Below, in pieces: positions 37,404-48,906 of a DNA stretch of 64,000 nucleotides. The stretch lies in assembly GCF_000002075.1 (NCBI RefSeq), contig NW_004797927.1, forward strand, positions 325,889 through 389,888, read 5' to 3'. Both the position numbers and the translations under genes were made by a program. The stretch is from Aplysia californica. Taxonomy: Eukaryota. The notes below the pieces were generated by a model, which had not been told where the DNA came from, did not search any database, and saw only the letters and a list, made by a program, of their open reading frames with translations. Each line of letters starts with the position of its first letter. Position 1 is the first letter of the stretch.

Positions 37404-38796
37404 CATGGATAATATTGTTTGCTAAATCTAGATCTAGATCTAGATATCTAGATTTAGATCTATCTAGGGCCTAGATCTAGTCTGTTTCTAACAGCTAGCA
37501 GAAGGACTTCCATATAACGAACGACCACTCCAACAAACATAGCCTAATAAAGAAGAGGCTCAACCCTAACTCTGTATACCCCAACCCTACCCTCACCCCT
37601 ACCCTAGGGCTGCCGTTTTTCCGTTATTTTGGGCATCGTCCGTTCTTAAATTCGTTATCCGTTCATCGAATCCGTTCTCCATTTACCACGCAAAAGTGGT
37701 AGTGCGGGAAGCCGATTTTCCATTTTGTTCCTTACGGATGGAGTGGCATGATGGTCCATATTTGTAATCAAGCAACGGAAGTAGGCCTACACTCACTCTC
37801 AAATCAAAATGCGCATGAGCGACCGGATGTTTAGGTCTGATTTCAAATGAAGGCCAGGCCTAACCTAGCTTCGTCGTTTGCTAAATCTAGTCTCGAAAGA
37901 ATGTTAAATTATTTTTTCAAAAGTCCAGTGGCATTTCTGCTACCTCTACCCCAGCCCCTAACCCTAACCCCCTGTTCTACTCTGTTTCATAGTGGTCGCT
38001 CGTTACCGAATTCCTCCCTAGCTAACAATAGGGGACAATCCAGTTTTGGCCCCAAGGATAACTATGGAGTATGGGTTTTGGCTCCACTGATTATTTCTCG
38101 ATCGAAATGATTACTTTTCGCTGCTCGTGCCAATACGATGTTTGTCGGACAGCGAGCGAGAGAAATCAAAGCTGATTGCAAAAACATTAAATTATGGTTA
38201 CATACAGGGGACCCCCCCCCCCTGAAACACCCCCTTTTTTTGAGTCGAGGGGCATGAAAAAAAAACCCTTATAAAAACAAGAAGTGAAATTACTGCCCAT
38301 TTTGTACTGGGAAAAAAAAAGCAGCGCATCTCTCTCTCTCTCTCTTTTGAATTGAAAAATATCAATACCAAGTATTTAAGTCAGTATCGATATTCCAGTA
38401 GTACTCTTGTGGCCAAAATCGGAGAAAGCCAAAAATTGGCCAATAATAACGTGTAACATGGGAGTGAAGGAGGGATTCTCTGTTTCACTGACTTTAACTT
38501 GTAGATTAGGCCGTGGTGGTGCCTTGCTTCAGCTCCTGTCTCTGCTGATAACTCCTCACACTTTTGAGGTAGTTACTGCTGCTAGTCCTATTTTTGCTCA
38601 ACTTCCTGTGGATTAACTTGAACAAGTAGCCACTCTTTGCTCAGCCTCCACTTATTGACTCTCTGCAATGTGTTTTGATGAAAATGAAGAAAACAAAGCA
38701 TTCCGTTGTGAGCAGAGGACTAGAAGAGTTTACTGAGTCTGAGTGAAGGGGCTTTTTTTCCAAATTGGTAATTCTTCTTGTTCCCTTTCCTGACAG

Positions 38797-38975
38797 ATGC
38801 AGTTTATGCTGCTGTTTAGCCGTCAAGGCAAGCTGAGGTTACAGAAATGGTTCGCAGCTCATCCCGACCGCACAAAGAAGAAGATCACGCGTGAGCTGAT
38901 CACCCTTGTTCTCGCAAGAAAACCAAAGATGTGCAGTTTTCTCGAGTGGAAGGATCTCAAAATTGTATATAAAAG
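38797..38975 (+). CDS. AP1S2: AP-1 complex subunit sigma, exon 2 ([18 protein letters not shown]...KIVYKR)
   Basis: Clear AP-1 sigma N-terminus; cag| and |gtaaca; 179 nt. The symbol denotes the closest vertebrate paralogue of what is probably a single invertebrate AP1S gene. Confidence 0.96.
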
Positions 38976-39689
38976 GTAACAATTGTCTCGTGGTAAACTG
39001 ACATACATGTCTTATTTTGGGTAGAAAGTTGTGTGAGCGTTGTGGAAGAAAGCTTTGAAGTTGGTTCCCTCGTTTGCCCCGAGTTGTCTCACATTGGCAC
39101 TGACGTTCAGTCTCAGTCTCAGTAAGTTGTCTCACATTGGCACTGACGTTCAGTCTCAGTAAGTTGTTCCTGTCTCAGGCTCAATATGAACAAGCACCAC
39201 TGATGTTGTTTGAAGTGTCTTAGACGAAAAGAAAGTATGGAATAAAGGAAAGAGATATGTGGAAAAGAGGAAAAGAAACATTTACGGTTTTAAAGACTCT
39301 TTAACCAGTTGGGTCACTGTCTTTTTTTTCAAAGAACAGCCTTCCCCCCCCCACCCCCCCCCACCCTCGGGGCAGTGCTGCTGACTGAAGTTGTCTAGCC
39401 ATTCCCAAAGGGGGGACATTAATATGTTCTTATACACAGTAAAATTGTAAATGGTCTGATTCATCAATGCCATGCTCATGACTGTGCCTGAACTGCAACA
39501 GGGAACTGCTGCTTTTTCTTTCCTCATCCTTACTATCGTCATTTTCCTCTACTTCTTTTGTATGTTTGTCACACTTTTGTGACCCACTATTTCTGGGGTG
39601 CCTTGATAGTTGAAGCAGACTTTGTGCTGTTGAGGCTAGAGAGATGAGCAGAGTAACCCTGATTCCCTGTATGGACTTCTCTGTTGACA

Positions 39690-39760
39690 TCCACCCCTTG
39701 GCGCTCATATGACCTTATGCAGTGCGAGCGCCGTAAAACCTCTACTGAAACAAACAAACA
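39690..39760 (+). mobile_element. Retroposon 3' tail with GGCGCTC...GAGCGCC hairpin and (CAAA)n end
   Basis: Same tail at 52001-52085, 60028-60088, 46361-46412 and in the family B SINEs. Confidence 0.65.
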
Positions 39761-39797
39761 AAGATGGAAATGACTGTTCTATTTTGAATGTTTTCAG

Positions 39798-39906
39798 GTA
39801 TGCTAGTCTATATTTCTGCTGTGCAATAGAGCCTGATGATAACGAGTTGCTGACCTTGGAAGTGATTCATCGCTACGTGGAGCTACTGGACAAATATTTC
39901 GGAAGT
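39798..39906 (+). CDS. AP1S2: AP-1 sigma exon 3 ([36 protein letters not shown])
   Basis: tcag| and |gtgagt; 109 nt; conserved sigma motif. Confidence 0.96.
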
Positions 39907-39962
39907 GTGAGTAGCGTTGATAGGACAGGTTGTCTTGTTGAAGAAATAAGGGGAGAAGATTT

Positions 39963-40138
39963 GTGGGTGGTTGACGGGTGCTCTGATATGGTTTACTCCT
40001 TCTATCCTATCAAACATCTATCGTCTTTATCTCCCCTCCTTCTTTTTTGTGTTTGTTACTCTCTTGTAACACCTGTAATCTTCGGCACTTATATGATCTT
40101 ATTGTGTTGCAAGTGCCGTAAAACTCTTACTAAAACTA
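39963..40138 (+). mobile_element. Family A retroposon, full length with TSD
   Basis: 11-bp TSD GGAGAAGATTT at 39952-39962 and 40139-40149. Confidence 0.9.
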
Positions 40139-40338
40139 GGAGAAGATTTTAGGCTGTATACGATTTGTGCACAGTTATTTTTGGCCATCTCGTGGTGTCA
40201 TAGTGGTCTCAAGACATTGTACTGGAAAGTGCCTCGTGGTTTAAAAAAATCAAGATCGTCTGTGGCTTTGCTGTGACTGAGAAATATGCTTTGCTAAATA
40301 ATTTCTTACAAAATTATAGTCTTGAAAAATGCAGCTCA

Positions 40339-40533
40339 GTGGGTGGTTGGCGGGTGCTGTGGTGTGGTTTGCTCCTTCTTTCCTTTCAAACATCTCTATC
40401 GTCCTGATCTCTTCTCCTTCTTTTTTTGTGTTTGTTACTCTCTTGTAACACCTCTAATCTTCGGCACTTGTATGACCTTATTGTGTTGCAAGCGCCGTAA
40501 AACTTTTACTGAACCTAAACTTACTCAAACTAA
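40339..40533 (+). mobile_element. Family A retroposon ending ~20 nt before the AP1S exon 4 acceptor
   Basis: Consensus match. Confidence 0.88.
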
Positions 40534-40553
40534 AAGGATTTGTCCCCCCTCAG

Positions 40554-40691
40554 GTCTGTGAGCTGGACATAATCTTCAACTTTGAGAAGGCGTACTTCAT
40601 GCTGGATGAGTTCCTGCTGGGCGGGGAGGTACAGGAGACAAGCAAAAAGAACGTGCTCAAGGCCATCGCCGCCCAGGACCTGCTGCAGGAG
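40554..40691 (+). CDS. AP1S2: AP-1 sigma exon 4 ([46 protein letters not shown])
   Basis: cag| and |gtgaga; 138 nt; ends in phase 0. Confidence 0.96.
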
Positions 40692-42836
40692 GTGAGATCT
40701 GCTTTGGTTGTGTCTCGTGCCTGCCTCTCCCACTCTCTCATGTGTGTGTCCTCGCGCCTCTCCCACTCACTCGTGTGTGTGTCCTCGCGCCTCTCCCACT
40801 CACTCATGTGTGTGTTGTCAGCTCAGTGACCTCTCTACTCTATTACTTGACTGGAAAGTTTGCCTCTTCTAATTCTGTGTTATCATATCGCTTATATTTA
40901 ACAGGTAATAACTCATTTCCTTGTCTTTATCTCTGTCGGCACTCTGCCTGATCTTGTTATACCATCAGATGGAAGTCTTCTTCTATTTGGAAACTTTCAA
41001 GGTAGGGAAAAACAAAAGCAGATGTAAATGAATGTAGTGGAACAAACTTTCAAATGTCGTCCTGTGAATCTATGGGATAATTACTTCTGTACGCTCTTGT
41101 TTTAAATGAAAAAAGTTTTGTTCAGACCCAAGTTTCATTTGTTTTTTAGCGAAGGTCATGAGATGTTGGCTATGTCTTTGATGAGTGTGTAGGTCAAGTG
41201 GATCTGTCTTGTCTGACTGTCAACTGAAAGGAAATTGTCTTTTATTGAAAACTTCCCAAGTCGTTTCTCCCTTTGGATAGTTGGAAAGTCACTGTGGTAT
41301 CAGTTTTCTTGAACAACAGCATCTCCATCTCCTTGGTTTTGTTTTCCTCACAACACTTTGTTCTTCATCCTTCGCTCAGTAGTGTTTTTGTACTTTATGC
41401 ACTAATGCTTGTGTAGAAATAACCCAGGAGGAATGAGCAACTAAGCTTGGGTGTGGGTGGAGAGTGGCACAAATCACATCTCAGGCACGTTTCTCCACGG
41501 AGAGAAAGGGCAGTGGGACGCAAGGAGAAATGCATGCATGGAATCTCTCGGTTTTGTCACTTCCTACGCCCTTGTGTGCAACGACGCTCCCTGTAGATAG
41601 GTCAGCAGCACCTGTCCCAACACAGTCCATGACGGGATATCATCGTCCTTGTACATGTAGCGACCGACGTCAGGCAGGGCCCTCTATTGTTGCGTCTGGA
41701 ACAGTTTCTCCACCGAATCCCTCACAATTAACAAAATTCCCTCGCACCTCCCCCCCACACCTCCTCCCCAGGCAGCCTCTAGCCCTGCACCCCCCATACC
41801 TCCTCCCCTCACAGCCTCTAGCCCTGTGTATTCTTGGCCTGGCATCTTGGTCTTACAATCGACAACAAATTTACATGGCAAATGACGCAAACAATATCGT
41901 TAATAAGGTAGATCAGAGGCCTGTCTTGTTGTGCGCGTGCGTGAGTGCACCTAAACTTTGTAACGTCTACTGCTATTGTTAACGACCAAGACAAATTTCT
42001 CCCTGCGAGATGAATAAAGATTGTCATTGTCATTGTCATGGTGCAAACTTGGACATTGTTTGAAATGATGAAGTTTGGTGTTTGGATAGTTGATCCTGTT
42101 GAGGTCAGGCGAATTGTCTCCAACCTTTTTGTTAAGTGTTCTGAGGAGAAAAAGATAATGTGTAGATTCTAAAAATTATTTTTGGGTTGTTTGAGAATGA
42201 ATGATATGGTTCACTGGGTTTTATTTTTAAAAGGGGGTTTCTTTTTTTCTGTGTGGTGTAATTTTTTATGTGATTTAAAAATGCTAGACTTACAGGTTCC
42301 TTTTTTCTTTNNNNNNNNNNNNNNNNNNNNNNNNNNNNNNNNNNNNNNNNNNNNNNNNNNNNNNNNNNNNNNNNNNNNNNNNNNNNNNNNNNNNNNNNNN
42401 NNNNNNNNNNNNNNNNNNNNNNNNNNNNNNNNNNNNGGGGGAGGAGGAGGAGGAGAAGGAGGATGAGAAAGAACAGGAAGAAGAAAAGGCGGGAGAAAAG
42501 AAGGAGAAGAAAGGACGAAGGAGAAGAAAGGACGAAGGAGGAAGAGGGAAGAGGAGAGGAAACAGAAGAGCTGCAAGGCTGTTCGGTTCGTATATCCAGG
42601 TAGTCTTTCGTTAGATGTGTTGTTCTTTTTTCGCACCTGTTTTTATTTTTTTATTTTTTTGTAGCTTACTTTCTTACATTGGACTTAATTATTTTTGTTC
42701 AAAACTTCAAAAAATTGAGAAATATTAATAATAGGAGACTGCTCCTTTGACAAAATAGAGCACTTTTTCTAACTGTCTGTGTTTGTAGCAGGTTCCCTTT
42801 GGGTCAGTCTATGTGTGGGCGTTGTGGTTGTGTGTA

Positions 42837-42885
<49 letters not shown>

Positions 42886-44489
42886 TGTATGTGTGTGTGG
42901 TACCTCTGTACCCTTCTGTTGTCCCCCCCACACATATGTTTATATATTACTTTTTCTTTCTCCTCCTCATTAGAGTGTAACTTTCAAATTGAACGGCGGG
43001 AGTTTGTTTTCTGCGTTGTCTCACCGCGGTGGTCAACGTGGCGGGCCCACTCACTCACACTAGCACACTGGGCTGTTTTGTTTTGTCATCTGTTTTTGCT
43101 TTAGCCTTTCCAGAGTCCATGTTCAGAGTCAGACGATTGTCTCCCTGTTTTCCTTCTCTTGCTGTGTCTAGATATTGTTCATTTTGTTGCACTTGTTATA
43201 TCAACCACTGGTTTTCTTGATTTGTCCAGGGTCATCTTTCCAAAGGAATTGGTTGGTTTGCCTGTGTTAGAGCATTTCAGATTTGTGTGCCTTGTTTGTT
43301 TTATGGGAGAGTTTTGGTGTAGAGTTGAGTAGAATGTTTGTATAAGCTCTGTGAAATACTAGGACAAGCAAAGGTTACATCACTGCGAAGAGACGTGGCT
43401 GAAGAAAGATGTATTAGTTTGCGATATTGGCAAATAACTGTTTCTCAACTTTCGTCAAATAACTGTCATGACATTGAAAATTCTTTTGATTTTTTTAAAA
43501 TGGAGGACACTTGTGTGGCCAGGTACTGGTTCCATGTGTGTCTCGACACCCCCAGTTCTTGGAACGTTTCTTTGTGGTTGTCTCGACTATTTGTTCAGAG
43601 GTCTTGCTTCTCGCGTGTTTCACTTTTGGATACATTTGGAGGAATGTACAGGATAAGACTTACTCTGAGGTATCGGATAGGGGGTGGAGGGGGGGGAGTG
43701 GAAAAGTAGTCCAAAATTAATAAATGGGGCGGCACATTGAACCTCATACCCCTGTACTAGTAGGAACAAATCAGTTTATTTCTCCTTCAGTGACTAAAAG
43801 AACAAGAGATCATGACATTCTAGTTATTTTAGTAAGTTACTGTGACAACTTTTTCCATTTACGAACAAACCAGTTTCATTTAAAAAAATATAAACCAATG
43901 TACAAAAGTTTTAAAAATGCACACAAAATTGAGGTAACCAACCCGATACCGGTACTAATACTGAGGGTAATTTGCCATTTACAAAAAAAAAATAGAAGTT
44001 TCATTCAGATATCTAGATTCTAGATACAGTGTTTCACATGATCGTGGGTCGTGGCAAGCTGGACAATAATAAAATAATTAGGGAGTATGGAATAAATACG
44101 GGGGGGTGCACAAAAAGACTGAAAATTAATAAGTCGGGGGGGGGGGGGGGGGTTATTCGACACCTTAGAGTAGTGGGAAACTGCGTATACCATTTTGGGC
44201 AGGGTTGAGTACTTAGGTGACTCTTGTGACTGTGTGTGTGACTGTGTGTGTGGCTGTGTGTGTGGCTGTGTGTGTAGCTCAGATATGTAGTTCTGAGGGA
44301 AGCCACCCTTGTCTGTGCCTCTGGCTTTCTGAATGAGCTGTTCGCTTTTTTACAATATCCTGACTGTCAAGTTTTGTCCCTTTTTCTATATATTTCTATA
44401 TATATTTCTATACTTATTCCATGTGTATATCCCTTCCCTTGCTGTTTGAGACCTGAGTGTGATGGTTTTTATCTTACTCCCCCCTCAAG

Positions 44490-44534
44490 GATGAAGCAAT
44501 AGAAAGTGCCCTGAGAGATAATGGCCTATACTAG
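44490..44534 (+). CDS. AP1S2: AP-1 sigma alternative terminal exon A (DEAIESALRDNGLY*)
   Basis: Pyrimidine tract + aag| acceptor, phase 0. 14 codons, the same length as exon B, with the shared D-x-G-L motif. Confidence 0.65.
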   Translation, partial: DEAIESALRDNGLY

Positions 44535-46030
44535 CCCCGGCCTCTCCTTACCTTCTTACAAACCTCTTCAGGTCAGATATTATATTTTGTATATATATAT
44601 ATACATATCTCTTGGTTATCTTTTTCGTTTCTTTTTTCTATATATTCTCTGACATTTTTCCTGTTTTCTGTCCTTCCCTCCAGTGCTGATGTACTCAAAT
44701 GGTTATGGTCTTTTCTTTGTGCTCTCTTTCTCTCTGTTGTCTTCACGGCGAAACTGCTGCTTATGCATTTTGATTAAGGGGGTGGTCGGGTGCGACTTCA
44801 GGCTGAAAATTGGGTCAAAATATCGTTTTTGAGGTTTTTACAGAAATAAATTACTGAAAGTGTCTAGGTATCAAATCTGGTATATTATTTTTCAGAGATA
44901 AGCATGCTGTATGGGAAAGTTTGTTTCATATGTCTACTTATAGTATCACAGTAGGTCATGTAATTTTTTACTTTAATGGCCATTTTCTCTGAACTGTGTT
45001 TTTCATGGACAGCATGCCACGAAAATCCTAAAATCTCGCTTACTTATTGCCGTAGCGACTTGAAATTTGGCACAGTGATAGCTTATCCATATTTCTAGGT
45101 AATGAGCTAGTTATTTTTGTCTTTCTTTGTATATGGCAGGGGCCATAAGCATTTTTATCAGGTTGGGGAGGTGTATTTTCAACACTTTTTTACACCATGT
45201 AATTCAGTCACGCTTCATCCATAATAACAACCAAATACAAAAAGAATAGTCACCCTATTACCTCGATATACGTCCTGCCTTTCCCTTCCTATCTTACAAA
45301 GTGCAATATCTTGATTAGTGTTTGAGATTTTAGGAGTTTAAGATTTAAGTTTACTTTCACGATGGCCGCCATCAACATGACAATGAGTGATATATGTCAT
45401 GAATAACACCCTGAACCATTCCGCACCTTGGCATTAAGTCTTAATATGCTAAATTCTTTTATTTAGGTCAGTGAATGAAGATTGTTTTTAGCTCACCAGA
45501 CCTCCCCCTTAACACAACTATGCACACTGTCACACTGCCATCCAGAGAGTCTTTTCTCCTGGAGAGTAAGTTGGTCGTATTTCCCTGGTGACAANNNNNN
45601 NNNNNNNNNNNNNNNNNNNNNNNNNNNNNNNNNNNNNNNNNNNNNNNNNNNNNNNNNNNNNNNNNNNNNNNNNNNNNNNNNNNNNNNNNNNNNNNNNNNN
45701 NNNNNNNNNNNNNNNNNNNNNNNNNNNNNNNNNNNNNNNNNNNNNNNNNNNNNNNNNNNNNNNNNNNNGGTGATGTCCTGTGTGTCATGTGACTGGCCGA
45801 GCGCGCTCGCTCGTGTGTGTTCAAGGCTTCCCCCACCGCACGCTTGAGGGTTGGGGTCTGCCTGTTTCTCCTCAACATTTGTGCCGTCTTTGTGTTGCAA
45901 GTGCCGTAAAACACTTTCTAAAACTAAAGTTTGTTCCGTCTTTGTGTGTTGCATTTCTGCATTGGGCATGAGCATTATATATTATTGTCTTATTCTAGAC
46001 TCTTGACCGGACAATGTGTGTGTGTCTTAT

Positions 46031-46238
46031 TTGGTTGCTTTTAAGCACACGAGGGGGCTATCCCGAAAAATGCTGTTTTGAGAAAATCGAAGGTAAAGTT
46101 TTTGCCCCTTGTTCAGTTTCTTTAAAAGACAAGAGGAGAGTTTTCTCTATAACATAACAAATATACTCACCAATGAAACCAAACTTCTCCTATAGGTAGG
46201 GCAATGCCCACTTTTGGTGTAGGTCAAGATTTCTAGAA
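46031..46238 (+). mobile_element. MITE family C, truncated where a family A copy begins
   Basis: Matches 12105-12312, then switches directly to the family A head. Confidence 0.8.
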
Positions 46239-46415
46239 GTGGGTGGTTGGCGGGTGCTCTGGTGTGGTTTGCTTCTTCTTTCCTATCAAACATCTATCGT
46301 CCTTATCTCCCCTTCTTCTTTTTTATGTTTGTTACTCTCTTGTGACACCTCTAATCTTCTGGCGCTCAAATGACCTTATTCAGTTGCGAGCGCCGTAAAA
46401 CCTCTACTAAAACTA
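46239..46415 (+). mobile_element. Family A retroposon with the GGCGCTC/GAGCGCC tail variant
   Basis: Family A body joined to the alternative hairpin. Confidence 0.85.
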
Positions 46416-46518
46416 AGAAACTGAAAGGTCACTGCTGTGTCACGGGTCACGCTGACCTCACGGCTCGCTCCGTTGTTTTGGCTGGAGGAGAGGGTGGTAG
46501 TTAAGAGCTCACAAGACT

Positions 46519-46678
46519 TACAATAATTCTCTGACACTTACGTCGATGTCATTATATACGTACAATAATTCTCTGACACTTACGTCGATGTCATTATATA
46601 CGTACAATAAATCTCTGACACTTACGGGGATGTCATTATATACGTACAATAAATCTCTGACACATACGTGGATGTCTT
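46519..46678. repeat. 42-bp minisatellite x~3.8
   Basis: Unit tacaataattctctgacacttacgtcgatgtcattatatacg. Confidence 0.9.
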
Positions 46679-46816
46679 TGCAGAATGCACCCTCGCTGTG
46701 TCGTCACGAGCCATGAACTCTTTGTCTTTGTATTGTTTGGTTTTTTGCTACGTTTTGTTTTTTGGTTGTTGTTTTTTACTCTCGGTTTGTTCAGAAATTC
46801 TCCTACAAATACACAG

Positions 46817-46999
46817 GGTGAGTGGTTGGCGGGTGCTCTGGTGTGGTTTGCTCCTTCTTTCCTATAAAAAAATCTATCGTCTCAATCTTTCCTTCTTCTT
46901 TTTTGTGTTTGTTACTCTCTTGTAACACCTCTAATCTTCGGCTTTTATATGACCTTATTGTGTTGCAAGTGCCGTAAAACTCTTACTAAAACTAAACTA
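46817..46999 (+). mobile_element. Family A retroposon with TSD
   Basis: AAATACACAGGG at 46807-46818 and 47000-47011. Confidence 0.9.
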
Positions 47000-47669
47000 A
47001 AATACACAGGGACTGTTTTTTCCCCCCGCCCCAGTTTTGCACATTACAATTGTTGTGACCTTCCGTTAGTGTCTAAGTTGTATTTCTTCTTTGGTGAAAG
47101 AGGGCGGGTCTGAAGATGTTTCATTTGGTGCCAGGATGTTTGCTCAGGGAGCGGGGACGGAGCTCACATGGGGGTGCTTGTACAGCAAACAAAAATTGTA
47201 CTCAGGCCACTAGCCTTCTTTCTTGCCGGGTCACACTGCTCTGTTTGTTTGCCAGTGATCTTATATAATAATAACAAATATACGCTATAGAATGATAAAT
47301 ATCATGTGTAGCGGACACAATCCCTGGGCGGCAAGCTCTCCGCGCTGTACACTCTATCATTACCTCAGCAGATCGGAAAACACTTGGAAATATTCTAAGC
47401 TTCCTGAGAAGCATACAGTGCAAGCAGCTGATTAAGCGCTAAAACTGACAAGATCTTTCGCTGTCTATAGCAGGGTTAAGGGAGTGTTCATTACTCTTTG
47501 GCACAGACTCTGATTTTCTTCTTCTTTTTGCAGTTGCACTTAATAAGCACATTGGTGTAATGTCTTAAATAGCTGCTCTGTGTTGGAAAGGGGGCAAAAC
47601 TGATGCAAAAACAAACTGGTTTATATTCCCTTTCTGATAATTTTGCGAAATCTTAAGCTGTTGTCCGTT

Positions 47670-47846
47670 GGTGGCTGGCGGGTGCTCTGGTGTGGTTTGC
47701 TCCTTCTTTCCTATCAAACATCTATCGTCCTTATCTCCCCTCATTCTTTTTTGTGTTTGTTACTCTCTTGTAACACCTCTAATCTTCAGCACTTATATAT
47801 GACCTTATTGTGTTGCAAGTGCCGTAAAACTCTTACTAAAACTTAA
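47670..47846 (+). mobile_element. Family A retroposon
   Basis: Consensus match. Confidence 0.88.
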
Positions 47847-48264
47847 AAAGTTTTTGATGGAGTTTCTCTGTCTGTCTGCCGCGGGGGCAGGATCCCACTC
47901 GGCCCGGGGGAGGGGGGGCACGATCCCAATCGGCCCGGGGGTGGCCCTTACCAGCGAGATTGTAACAGTCTGCCTATTACATGACCTAAATTCAGTCAGT
48001 GTGGGCATAAAATAGTAACACTGAGTCACTGAGTGTATGCTAGCGCCTGTTGTCTTGTCCTGTGATTTGTGGGGATGATCTGTGAACGTGGAGAGAAGGG
48101 TGGTATAATGTGGCTGTCATGTGTCATGGCAGGAGCCGTGTTCAACATTTGAGCAGGGAGGATATACTGGGCGTGGAAGAAAAGATCAGATCAGATCAGA
48201 TCAGATACATCTTTATTGTCCAGATCCTGGCATATTGGTTTGGTGTTTCACCACGTACACACAA

Positions 48265-48437
48265 GTGGGTGGTTGGTGGGTGCTCTGGTGTGGTTTGCTC
48301 CTTCTTTCCTATAAAACATCTGCCGTCTTTATCTCCCCTCTTTTATTGTGTTTGTTACTCTCTTGTAACACATCTATTCTTCGGCACTTACATGAACTTA
48401 TTGTGTTGCAAGTGCCGTAAAACTCTTACTAAAACTA
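48265..48437 (+). mobile_element. Family A retroposon
   Basis: Consensus match. Confidence 0.88.
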
Positions 48438-48461
48438 TATCCCTGTCGTGGCTTGTCTCTA

Positions 48462-48906
48462 CAGTGGAGTCAGCCTAAAGTGAGCACGCTTTATTTGAAC
48501 AATCGGTAAAAGTGAAGGATATTTTGTGGTCTCGATTGAAACGCTATTTGTTTAAGTAAAAAAATTTGGATAAAATGAACTGGTTTCATGGGGAAATCGG
48601 ATAAAGTGAACGCCCAAAATGAGTGAAAGCGAAGAACGGACTGTGTGAAAATAAAATTCTTTGCCTCGCGCTTCGGCAGACAATCCCAGCTCGGCGTTGG
48701 CGACGGTAATCTCAGTCAGAAAGAAAGAGCTCTAGTCTAGGCTCGTCGGCTGTGTTGTCCCACCCCACCTCCACCCTAGACCCACCACTGCGCGTAGCTA
48801 CTGTTTCTTCTAGGCGTCCACGCTACCACAATGGTTCAACTGAACCTCGGATAAAGTGAACACTTTCTACTGGTCCCATAGAGAGCACTTTGAGCGGACT
48901 CCACTG
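48462..48906. mobile_element. Tc1/mariner (pogo/Tigger-like) MITE
   Basis: TA|CAGTGGAGTC...GACTCCACTG|TA; internal GGATAAAGTGAAC repeats. Confidence 0.85.

Noticed and set aside
39963-40152. Recurrent peptide '[13 protein letters not shown]' in many ORFs, suggesting a gene family
   Set aside because: It is the translation of the family A retroposon tail.
42974-43323. Further AP1S alternative exons at acceptor-like sites (about 42974, 43113, 43230; also 59965 and 62710)
   Set aside because: Pyrimidine tract plus AG are present, but the phase-0 peptides show no similarity to the sigma tail motif and there is no clean in-frame microexon donor.
44774-45450. Kolobok-like DNA transposon
   Set aside because: TTAA-GGGG start and a TTGAAATTTGGCACA motif are seen, but I could not identify a convincing right TIR.
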